Assembly (NCBI GenBank): GCA_002104905.1
Contig: MCFE01000088.1
Span: 1-64,000, forward strand
Length of the DNA stretch: 64,000 nucleotides
Source: Basidiobolus meristosporus CBS 931.73
Lineage: Eukaryota > Fungi > Basidiobolomycota
Reading direction: 5' to 3'
Positions 36,945 to 48,447 of the stretch are shown piece by piece. Made by a program: the position numbers and the translations under genes. Under the pieces are notes generated by a model. The model was not told where the DNA came from. It ran no database searches and saw nothing but the letters and a program-made list of their open reading frames with translations. Numbering within the stretch: the stretch's first letter is position 1; the number at the start of each line of letters is the position of its first letter.

Positions 36945-39283
36945 TCAGTTGGTTGAGGACTGATCTACCTCCGACCCATCGGACTCGTCAGAGTGGCCAA
37001 ACGACGGCCGCCAGTCGACCACACAATTGGAGTGCTCCCCGGCCCTCACCTCTTGGCACCTTTCCATGACGATGCTTTCGTGGTCGAGGGCCAAGGGCAC
37101 GTTAGGCACCTCTTCCAACGTGTCCGAATACTCCCGCTTCATGTAGGGTCGTGGGGGTGGACTCAATGGGGTGAACGCGGGCTGGTACTTCGGCTTCACC
37201 GAGGGCAAAGGCTTGACGGGGGATGGCTCTTGGCTGATGGAGCTTGCGGTGCTTGGGCTGGCTGGGATCAGTATGCTGGTGTCGGATCCGGCCGGGTCCA
37301 GCTGAATGTCCGTCTTGAGGGGCTGCTGGGAGCCGTTATGCTCCAGTTTGATCTCCTCCACGGTGGTTGCGCTGCTGGACTTGGAGGTGGGGCCGGTTGT
37401 ATCGGAGGGGTCGTGCACTCGGGTGCTGTTTAGGACAGCTGCGTAAGTGGCATTCTCGTCAGTTCCCCGGATGGACAGTATCACGAACACCGGGGTGAAG
37501 CAAATCAATCCAGACAAGATGGCCAACGTGACCATGACCATATGGCCCGGTACGGTGGACGAGAAGTGGACCCCTTGAAGCGGTAACGCCACCGCCTGGA
37601 TCATGTACCCGACTCCAGCCAAGAAGCACAGTAACGAGAGCTGCGGTTGCAAGGTAGGTGCACGGATGAGTGTCGGCCACAGAGAGAATGGCTAAATGGG
37701 ATTGGACTTTACCTTTCGGAAGCTGCTCTTGGTACGCGCTGACATACAGAGCGTCTTCATACCCCGATAAAATTGGAGTCCTAGCCAATCAAGGTCCAGT
37801 TAGTACGCAACATCCATCAATCCTGTCTACCACCGAGGGAACCTACCGAAGTACAAGAAAGAGATACTCTGTCCCAGGTAGAGGATGGGTATGTAGAAGC
37901 TGTAAAGTCGCACGATAACACGGTTCCTGTCGATGTAGGGATGAATCTGCCGGATGATCAGCAGCACCAGCATGATGATGTTGTTGCAGATGGCGAAGAT
38001 CCCCCAGATGATCGAGAGCTTGTAGATGCGTCGTTTGAAGAGTTTCGCCAGGATCTGGCCCCTAAACAATGGTTGAGGTCAAGTCAGTCGCGGTTGAAAT
38101 GCCGGGGGAGCTGTCTATGTCTCCTTACCACTTCAGCTGGACAAAGCCGTAACCACTGAAGGCTATTAGCTTCATCACGTGGTAGACGAGGTCCAGTGAA
38201 ACGAGAGGTTCATTGGATGAAAGTCTAAGCAGGGAGCCTTATGTACAGGGAAATGTCAGGTTGGTCGGTCGTGGCGTTGAAAAAGCCCGGTGTTGCGGGA
38301 CTTACCCAAGAACCAGGTAACGGAGGAGACGTAGAGGATGATCCTGGTGTCAATCACCCAACCCTCCTGGTAAAACAAGTTGATGATCTGGCACCAAGCG
38401 TACACCAAGGAAAAGAAGATCTGCCAACGGGCCTGGTTAGTAAGTGGTGCGTGGATATAGGGGTAAAATAAGGTTCCTATACCATGACAAAGAGAGTTCT
38501 ATTGTCCAGGGCGAGGACGTATCGGTTGTGTTCCTCGGTAAAAGGCCCGTGCACTTCAGCTGGTATGTAAAGTCAGCGAGGTTCATGACGAACAGTTCCT
38601 AAGGTGAACTTACGGTGGTTAAAACGCAGCAACATCGGCCCGGTCCGGTCGGTTACTTCCACGATGTATCGGCCGGTCTCTTCGTCGGTGACCGTCAAGT
38701 AGTTAAGGCAATCAGGGCCAGCCTTTTCGACCAAGTTGACGGGGTCCCTGTATTTGAACTTTCTCAGGTGGGGCGAGGTGAAAAGGAAGGTGATGATGGG
38801 ACGAGTTTGGGTCTCGAGGAACAATGAAGGGTTGAACCCGTCGGTGAGTTTGAAGTTGGCGAGGAACTGGGTGAAGTGATTAGACGAGTGGTTAGGAAAG
38901 TGATTTCGAGGTGGCCTGGCTTGCTCTAAACTTACCTCTGCTATCCCACCACACTGATGGTCGGAGATCTCTTGCGAGGAGATGAGCAGTATGTAGCCAC
39001 CCAAATGGCTCGTTCCAAGCTGGGTGTTGTTGAGAACAGGGGGATTGATGTAAAATTGGCATTCTTGTGGGTGGTAAAACGTGGGTCGAACAACAACCGC
39101 TGGGTTGTTATACGGAGCAAGGTTGGCGTAGGAGTGGGAGGGAAACACCTTTCCTCTATGATGTGCAGGGGATTCCTGGGTAATGTAGGCATGGGCAAGG
39201 GATGGTAACACCAGCAGCAACAATCCGATCAATGTTACAGTGATGATGCATGAACGACATCGTCTACTTGATATCCATGACAT
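36945..39283 (-). CDS. Uncharacterised multi-exon membrane protein: signal peptide, extracellular domain, several TM helices, Ser/Pro-rich tail
   Basis: Hydrophobic leader (IITVTLIGLLLLVLPSLAHA); intron 38935-38867 joins GGIAE|FLANF in frame; hydrophobic exons at 37827-38069 and 37450-37650; complete exon model not resolved. Confidence 0.6.
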
Positions 39284-40549
39284 GATTCAAGTCTCTAGTG
39301 ATCTCTAAGTAAAGTCGAAATGGACTTCCCTCTTCCCGTCAACATTTATATAAACCGGCCCTACTCAAGGTCTGTATGGAACTTTCGTCAACTGGTCATT
39401 CACCCAACAAAGCCTGCTGATTCTGGATTTGGTTCGGAAAACATCTAGGCCGAGAGTCCAAAGAAAACTTTCCATTGGCGGGGCAACGTTTCTCCTACAA
39501 ATCCAACCATCCCACCACCATTTCTCCGATATTCAGACCCATGATCTGCTGCGTCTGATTCGTCCTTTGCACATCGGTCAAGCTGAGTTCTCTCGTGGAT
39601 GTGGATACTGAGCCAATCGTGGAATTTTGCTGAATCTCTGGCTCGATTTACGGTTGAAATATTCGTATATGGAACTTGATGATCTTCCTACCTACGTTGT
39701 AGTTTGATTCGGTGCCTACTGATTCCATGGGTTGGTTTCTTTTGGGATTTTCCCTTGTTGACCTCCACATTTCATAGAAATATCCTCTTCTGGTTTAGTG
39801 GTTTTTCTGCACGAGACCATCGTGATAGTATGATTTCCAATGAATTGGTCTTCGTCTTATACACCAAATTACACAGCAATCGTCAAGACTTTCCACTTAA
39901 ATGTGAACGATCAGGGGGGGGGGCTATATGTGATGTTAACCATGTGGAGCATACCCAGCATATTTCTTGACGGCTTGGTAGGTGCATCATCAGTTCCGCA
40001 TTGAAGCGGCTTAGTAGCAATATGCCATTGATTGTTGCGTTGAAGTTGTTGTTACATCTTCTCATAAGTTTTAGGATTTAGCTTGCAGGATATTAGGTGG
40101 TTCCCAGCATTAATGAAGTCCTGGATGCTATCAGAATTTTCAAATATATCTACATGACCCTGAATTTTGCACGCAGCATCCTGATACCTTGCTCTGAAGA
40201 TTCTTTCCATTGGCTCTAAGAAGCCCATCACAAAGTGCACACACTTTATTTTGTTGTAGGTTTTGTATCAACACCTGAATGCTGCATGTATTTGGTCAAT
40301 CTTACTATTTCTTGCCCAAATACTTGATTGCAATTTCTTGTACATATTCAATGTGTCTGGTCCACCAAGACCATGAAAAGGATGGGTGCTACTTTTGCAT
40401 GTTGCAGATTTTGTAATTATACCTACACATTGATGTAGGAATCTAAGGAGTATTGGAAGTGATTTGGAGAAATAGAAGTGCTGCACAATGCTCATTTGTA
40501 TGGAAAACTCCCTTGCTACTCCTGAATACTCACCTAACTGAGTTACTTT

Positions 40550-43500
40550 TGTTGTAAGAATTTTGGAGATATTGGAAGTGACTGGGAGAACAAGTAGATG
40601 ATGTGGTTTTCACTTAATGACTTATTGAATGTAAAAGTGGTATTTATACTTTTACATGAACTTGGCATAACAAACACATAGAAAAGACTTAGGAAGGTCC
40701 AAAGAGCATGTGTGCAAGGTTTGGGGCTGTTTGGACAACTTTGAGAATTTTCATGTTCTGGGTGTTGTAAGAGTCTTGGAGATATTGGAAGTGATTGGGA
40801 GAACAAGTAGATTATGTGGTTTTCACTTAATGATTTATTGATTATAAAAGTAGTATTTATACTTTTACATGGTCTTGGCATTACAAACACGTAGAATAGG
40901 TTAAGGAAGGTCCCAAGAACATGTGTGCAAAGTTTGGGGCTGTTTGGACAACTTTGAGAATTTTCATGTTCTGGGTAAATATTCTAAGTAAATCCCGACA
41001 AGGAATTTGGTCAGTATTCTCTAGGATTTGAAGGTGATGATCTAAGTGACTAAGTTAGGTGAATATTTAGGTGGAAAATACAAATTTTTACAACACTCCC
41101 ACTCAGCTAAATGTTCATACTGACTAGTCCTAATTTTGACCTAAGATATTCAAACTTGTCTCTAGCTAATGGTTTGGTAAATATGTCTGCAATCATTTCA
41201 TCTGTAGGACAGTAAACTAAGCTAACTAAGTTATTCTCTATAGCTTCACGTATGAAATGATGTCTAATATCTATATGCTTGGTTCTAGCATGAAAAGTTG
41301 GATTTCTACCTAATTGTATACATCCTTGATTATCTTGAAATAAAGTAATAGGCGTTTTTTGACATAGGCCTAAATCTGCAAAGAGCTTTCTTAACCACAT
41401 TGCTTCTTTTGTAGCTTCACAGGCTGCCATATACTCTGCCTTTGTAGTAGAAAGTGCTACGGTTGGTTGCTTTCTTGAATTCCATGAAATTGCTCCTTTA
41501 CAGTAAAGAAAGGTGTATCCTGTGGTGGATCTTCTGTCTTCCAAATTTCGTCCCCAATCAGCATCAGAGTATCCCACAAGATCCTGTTCTGAATCCTTAT
41601 AAGTGTATCTTAAGCAGATATCAGCAGTTCCTTTTAGGTATCTAAAAATCCGCTTAACTGCTGCAATATGATCAGATCCATAATTCTGATTATGTTGGCT
41701 GACAACTCCCACTGAATATGAGATATCTGGCTGTGTTCCAAGCATGATATACATCAGACTGCCAACCATAGATTGATAAGGAAAGTCAGGGCTTTCAGAT
41801 GGCACCAAGCTCTCTTGATTTGGTTGAGTTTTGACCAAGTTAAGGTTTGTCTCCATTGGGGTAGCTGCCGGTTTACAGTCTTCCATTTTGTACTTCTTTA
41901 GTATATCTTGAATATACTTGGATTGGCTTAGGGTAATAGTCTGGGTACTTCTGTCTATGGAGAACTTAATCCCTAAGTAGTAACTAAGTTCTCCTAGATT
42001 GGACATCTTGAACTCCTTAGATAGGCTGGATTTAGTCTCTTCCAATGTTTCTAGGTTATTGGCGGCTATAATAAGATTGTCCACATATAGAGCTAATAGA
42101 ACTGGATTTGCTCTATCTGGCTTATAGTATATACTATAGTCAGCATTACTCCTTTTGAAACTCAAAGATTCCAAATAAGAATCTATCTTGCAATTCCAGG
42201 CTCTTGGTGATTGTTTGAGACCATATAGTGACTTTTTAAGCTTGCAGACCAAATGGGGGTTATCTTGGTCAACAAACCCATCAGGCTGGTCCATATACAC
42301 GTCCTCATCAAGTTCTCCATTCAAAAATGCAGTTTTTACATCCATTTGATGAATAAAAAACTTATATTTGGCTGCAATAGCCAATATTAATCTGATGGAA
42401 TTAAACTTGGCTACCGGTGCAAAGGTCTCAGTATAGTCAAGTCCTTTTGTTTGAGAGTATCCTTTGGCTACAAGTCTTGCTTTGTATCTTTCAATTGTAC
42501 CATTAGCCTTGTACTTTGTCTTGAAGACCCATCTGCATCCAATTGATTTTTGGTTGATTGGTAATTTGACTAAGTCCCAAGTTTGATTTTCCATCAGGGC
42601 CTGATATTCCTCAGTCATTGCAGATCTCCAAAACTTTGTCTGAGGGCTATTTAGGGCCTCTTTTACAGTTTGGGGTTCATCAATATGGACTGAATAGGCA
42701 TAGGCTAAGTTTGTACCCTCATTGATATAGTAATTTGGGCTATTTCTTGTCCGATTTGATCTCCGGGCATTTGATACTGGAATGATCACTTCTGGGATAT
42801 TCCTGGGCACTGATTCTGGCTGAACCACGGTTGTAGAGTCCTCTGGAGTGAAAAAATTTTCATTGTTTTGCTCTGATTCAATCCTGACAATTGGTGGACT
42901 TGAGATCAAATTTTCGTCATCATCTGATGTCATTTTTTGTGAAAATTTTGAATTTTCATCAAACAACACATCCCTGGACTTGATCAGCTTCTTTGCTTCG
43001 GTATTGTAGAGTCTGTATGCTTTACTCTCATTGCAGTAGCCCAAAAATATGCATTTTACACATTTTGGCTCAAATTTTAACTGATTTCCGGCCAGTTTTT
43101 TGGCATATGCTGTACACCCAAATATTCTTAGATGTTCTGCACTTGGTCTGTATCCATACCATGCTTCAAATGGAGTAGAATCACGAAGTATTCTGTTATA
43201 ACTCCTATTTTTAAGGTATACAGCAGTGGCAACTGATTCCGCCCAAAAATCATAGGATAATTTTTGATCATGGATCATAGATCTTGCCATATCAATTATT
43301 GATCTGTTAGCTCGTTCTGCTACTCCATTTTGCTGTGGGGAGTATGGTACAGTAGTCTCTTGCTTTATCCCATGAATTTTGCAGAAGTGGATGAAGAGTT
43401 TTGAGGTATATTCTCCACCATTGTCAGAGCGTATTTTCTTGATTTTTTCACCAGTTTCTCTCTCCACCATGGCTTTAAACTCCCTGAACTTAGACAGAGC

Positions 43501-46500
43501 TTCTTCCTTTCTCTCCATGAAGTAGACCCATGTGTATCTTGTATAATCATCAATAAAAGTGATTAAATACTTCATCCCGCCTAAGGATAAATTTTGCATA
43601 GGTCCACACAGATCTGAGTGAATTAGATCTAATTTTTTCTTAGTTTTGATTAACCCAGAGCTCTTGAACGGTTGTCTGGCTTGTTTCCCATATATGCAGG
43701 CTTCACAGTGCTCCAAAATAGCTGGGGGATCAATTTTCACTCCAGATATTAGCTGATCTTTGATCATTTTACGCAAATAATCAAAATTGATGTGTCCAAA
43801 TCTCCTGTGCCAAAGCATTGGTGTTTCTTCATTTAAGTTACTTATATTGGCTTCCAGATATGATGGAATATAAGTCAACTTGTATAGATTCTGATCTCTG
43901 ATGCCCGAAGCAATATGAGCACCATTTTGATCAGTGATCCTGCATCCAGAATTGTCAAAACTGAAACTGAGTCCTTCTGCTGTGGCCTTGCTTACAGAGA
44001 GTAGGTTCTTGGCTATTTCTGGTACATAGAGTACTTCTTTAAAGGTCAGTGTATGGCTTCCTTTACTGCTTCTAAGGTTTACTTGGATAGTTCCTTCTCC
44101 CACTGCATCAAGTGTTCTATTGTCACCCATGAAAACCTTCTTAATTGGAATTTCTTGATATTGGGTAAAAAGTTCTTTTTGGTGTGTAAAGTGTTGAGAA
44201 GCTCCAGAGTCAATATACCACGTCTGAGAATCCTTGTTTGTGGTCATATTTAGTGCAGATATGAATAGTCTATCTTCAGTTGTTGCAGCATTTCCATATT
44301 CAGGCTTCTTTTGCTGATTATCTTTCTTTTTGAGACACCGGTCTGATGTGTGTCCTTTCCTTTTGCAGTAGCTACAAAACAGGTTGCTGTTGCCTTTGTA
44401 GGGTCTTGGGTATCTCCTTTGTTGGCTATCATTGCTTATTAAAGCATTTTCTTCTTCCTTCTTATTAGCGCTTGATTTTCTTAATTCTTCATCCAGGAGC
44501 CTTCCATATACGTAATTTAAGGTCAAATCTTCAGTTCTGGACTCTAGGGCTGATACAAGGCCCTGAAACTTGTCTGTCAGGCTATTCAGGATGGTAACTA
44601 TCACATCCTCATCAGTAGTTGGTACGCCCACAGATTCCATCTCATCTACCAGCAGGGTAATTCTGTTAATTAGATTTTTCATTTCTTCTCCTGGCAGCAT
44701 CTTTGTAGTAAAGAATTTTCTTCTCAGATACATTTTCTTGGCAGCTGAACATGACTGGTAGGTGTCTTCTAATGCCTTCCAGGCATTCTTTGCCGTTTTT
44801 GCTCTTGAGCATTGAATTAGCAATTTGTCCTTGACATTAAGGCAAATGCAGTTAAAGGCACTTTGTTCTTTCTTCTGGTACTTCAAGGCTTCCTCTCCCA
44901 CGTTTTTAGGAGGGCATTCTTCTCCCATGACAATATCCCAAAGGCCTCTTTCTTGTAGCAGCATCTTCATCTTCACCTTCCACACTTGGTAGTTAGATCC
45001 ATCCAACTTTTCAGCAGAGGGAAAAATTCCAGTAATAGCAGTAGTAGACATTGCAGAGAGTGACAGCTCGGGGCTCATAACCTGTTGTAAGAGTCTTGGA
45101 GATATTGGAAGTGATTGGGAGAACAAGTAGATTATGTGGTTTTCACTTAATGATTTATTGATTATAAAAGTAGTATTTATACTTTTACATGGTCTTGGCA
45201 TTACAAACACATAGAATAGGTTAAGGAAGGTCCCAAGAACATGTGTGCAAAGTTTGGGGCTGTTTGGACAACTTTGAGAATTTTCATGTTCTGGGTACCT
45301 GGTATTTTGGTGAAAATATTCTAAGTAAATCCCGACAAGGAATTTGGTCAGTATTCTCTAGGATTTGAAGGTGATGATCTAAGTGACTAAGTTAGGTGAA
45401 TATTTAGGTGGAAAATACAAATTTTTACAACACTGGGCACCTGGTATTTGGTGAAAATATTCTAAGTAAATCCCAACAAGGAATTTGGTCAGTATTCTCT
45501 AGGATTTGAGGGTGATGATCTAGTGACTAAGTTAGGTGAATATTTAGGTGGAAATACAAATTTTTACAACACTCCCACTCAGCTAAATGTTCATACTGAC
45601 TAGTCCTAATTTTGACCTAAGATATTCAAACTTGTCTCTAGCTAATGGTTTGGTAAATATGTCTGCAATCATTTCATCTGTAGGACAGTAAACTAAGCTA
45701 ACTAAGTTATTCTCTATAGCTTCACGTATGAAATGATGTCTAATATCTATATGCTTGGTTCTAGCATGAAAAGTTGGATTCCTTGATTATCTTAAAATAA
45801 AGTAATAGTCATTTTTTGACATGGGCCTAAATCAGTAAGAAGCTTTCTTAACCACATTGCTTCTTTTGTAGCTTCACAGGCTGCCATATACTCTGCCTCT
45901 GTGGTAGAAAGTGCTATGGCTGGTTGCTTTCTTGAATTCCATGAAATTGCTCCTTTACAGTAAAGAAAGGTGTATCCTGTGGTGGATCTTCTGTATTCCA
46001 AATTTTGTCCCCAATCAGCAGCAGAGTATCCCACAAGATCCTGTGCTGAATCCTTATAAGTGTATCTTAAGCAGATATCAGCGGTTCCTTTTAGGTATCT
46101 AAAAATCCGCTTAACTGCTGCAATATGATCAGATCCATGGTCCTGATTATTCTGGCTGACAACTCCCACTGAATATGAGATATCTGGACGTGTTCCAAGC
46201 ATGATAAACATCAGACTGCCGGCCATAGATTGATAAGGTAAGTCAGGGCTTTCAGATGGCACCAAGCTCTCTTGATTTGGTTGAGTCTTGACCAAGTTAA
46301 GGTTTGTCTCCATTGGGGTAGCTGCCAGTTTACAGTCTTCCATTTTGTACTTCTTTAGTATATCTTGAATATACTTGGATTGGCTTAGGGTAATAGTCTG
46401 GGTACTTCTGTCTATGGAGAACTTTATTCCTAAGTAGTAAATCAGTTCTTCTGGATTGGACATCTTGAGCTCTTTAGATAAGCTGGATTAAGTCTCTTCC

Positions 46501-46720
46501 AATGCTTCTAGGTTATTGGCGGATATAATAAGATCATTCACATATAGAGCTAAGCAAATTGGATTTACTCAACCTGGCTTATAGTATGTACTAAAGTCAG
46601 CATTACTCCTTTTGAAACTCAAAGATTTCAGATAAGAATCTATCTGGCAGTTCCAGGCTCACAGTGATTGTTGCAGTCCATAAAGAGACTTTTAAGCTTG
46701 AAGACTAAGTGTGGGTTACC
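40550..46720 (-). mobile_element. Older Copia copy: 3' LTR (40550-40762 plus 45433-45571, split by the younger element) and RT/RNase H fragment 45572-46720
   Basis: The LTR is restored by removing 40763-45432; PPT at 45572; diverged pol with YVND. Confidence 0.85.
40763..45432 (-). mobile_element. Full-length Copia element, copy 2 (open gag-pol at 41107-45051, but RT motif is YVDN)
   Basis: LTRs 40763-41095 (333 bp) and 45083-45432 (350 bp); TSD CTGGG; PBS 45082-45071; protein nearly identical to copy 1. Confidence 0.95.
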
Positions 46721-48447
46721 TGTTGTAAGAGTCTTGGAGATATTGGAAGTGATTGGGAGAACAAGTAGATTATGTGGTTTTCACTTAATGATTTATTGAA
46801 AGTAAAAGTAGTATTTATACTTTTACCTGGTCTTGGCATTACAAACACGTAGAATAGGTTAAGGAAGGTCCCAAGAACATGTGTGCAAGGTTTGGGGTTG
46901 TTTGGACAACTTTGAGAATTTTCATGTTCTGGGTACCTGGTATTTTGGTGAAAATATTCCAAGTAAATCCCGACAAGGAATTTGGTCAGTATTCTCTAGG
47001 ATTTGAGGGTGATGATCTAGTGACTAAGTTAGGTGAATATTTAGGTGGAAATACAAATTTTTACAACACTCCCACTCAGCTAAATGTTCATACTGACTAG
47101 TCCTAATTTTGACCTAAGATATTCAAACTTGTCTCTAGCTAATGGTTTGGTAAATATGTCTGCAATCATTTCATCTGTAGGACAGTAAACTAAGCTAACT
47201 AAGTTATTCTCTATAGCTTCACGTATGAAATGATGTCTAATATCTATGTGCTTGGTTCTAGCATGAAAAGTTGGATTTCTACCTAATTGTATACATCCTT
47301 GATTATCTTGAAATAAAGTAATAGGTGTTTTTTGACATAGGCCTAAATCTGTAAAAAGCTTTCTTAACCACATTGCTTCTTTTGTAGCTTCACAGGCTGC
47401 CATATACTCTGCCTCTGTGGTGGAAAGTGCAACGGTTGGTTGCTTTCTTGAATTCCATGATATTGCTCCTTTACAGTAAAGAAAGGTGTATCCTGTGGTG
47501 GATCTTCTGTCTTCTAAATTTTGTCCCCAATCAGCATCAGAGTATCCCACAAGATCCTGTTCTGAATCCTTATAAGTATATCTTAAGCAGATATCAGCAG
47601 TTCCTTTTAGGTATCTAAAAATCCGCTTAACTGCTGCAATATGATCAGATCCATAATTCTGATTATGTTGGCTGACAACTCCCACTGGATATGAGATATC
47701 TGGACGTGTTCCAAGCATGATATACATCAGACTGCCAACCATAGATTGACAAGGAAAGTCAGGGCTTTCAGATGGCACCAAGCTCTCTTGATTTGGTTGA
47801 GTTTTGACCAAGTTAAGGTTTGTCTCCATTGGGGTAGCTGCCAGTTTACAGTCTTCCATTTTGTACTTCTTTAGTATATCTTGAATATACTTGGATTGGC
47901 TTAGGGTAATAGTCTGGGTACTTCTGTCTATGGAGAACTTAATCCCTAAGTAGTAACTAAGTTCTCCTAGATTGGACATCTTGAACTCCTTAGATAGGCT
48001 GGATTTAGTCTCTTCCAATGTTTCTAGGTTATTGGCGGCTATAATAAGATTGTCCACATATAGAGCTAATAGAACTGGATTTGCTCTATCTGGCTTATGG
48101 TATATACTATAGTCAGCATTACTCCTTTTGAAACTCAAAGATTCCAAATAAGAATCTATCTTGCAATTCCAGGCTCTTGGTGATTGTTTGAGACCATATA
48201 GTGACTTTTTAAGCTTGCAGACCAAATGGGGGTTATCTTGGTTGGCTAACCCATCAGGCTGGTGCATATACACATCCTCATCAAGTTCTCCACTCAAAAA
48301 TGCAGTTTTTACATCCATTTGATGAGTAAAAAACTTATATTTGGCTGCAATAGCCAATATTAATCTGATGGAATTAAACTTGGCTACCAGTGCAAAGGTC
48401 TCAGTATAGTCAAGTCCTTTTGTTTGAGAGTATCCTTTAGCTACAAG
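46721..48447 (-). mobile_element. 5'-truncated Copia: RT/RNase H, PPT and 3' LTR (46721-47068)
   Basis: ORF 47080-48495 from LVAKGYSQ onward matches Copia pol; the LTR interrupts the older copy's RT. Confidence 0.88.

Noticed and set aside
39900-40500. CpG-poor stretch with short ORFs before the Copia nest
   Set aside because: Probably an old repeat remnant; no motif I can support
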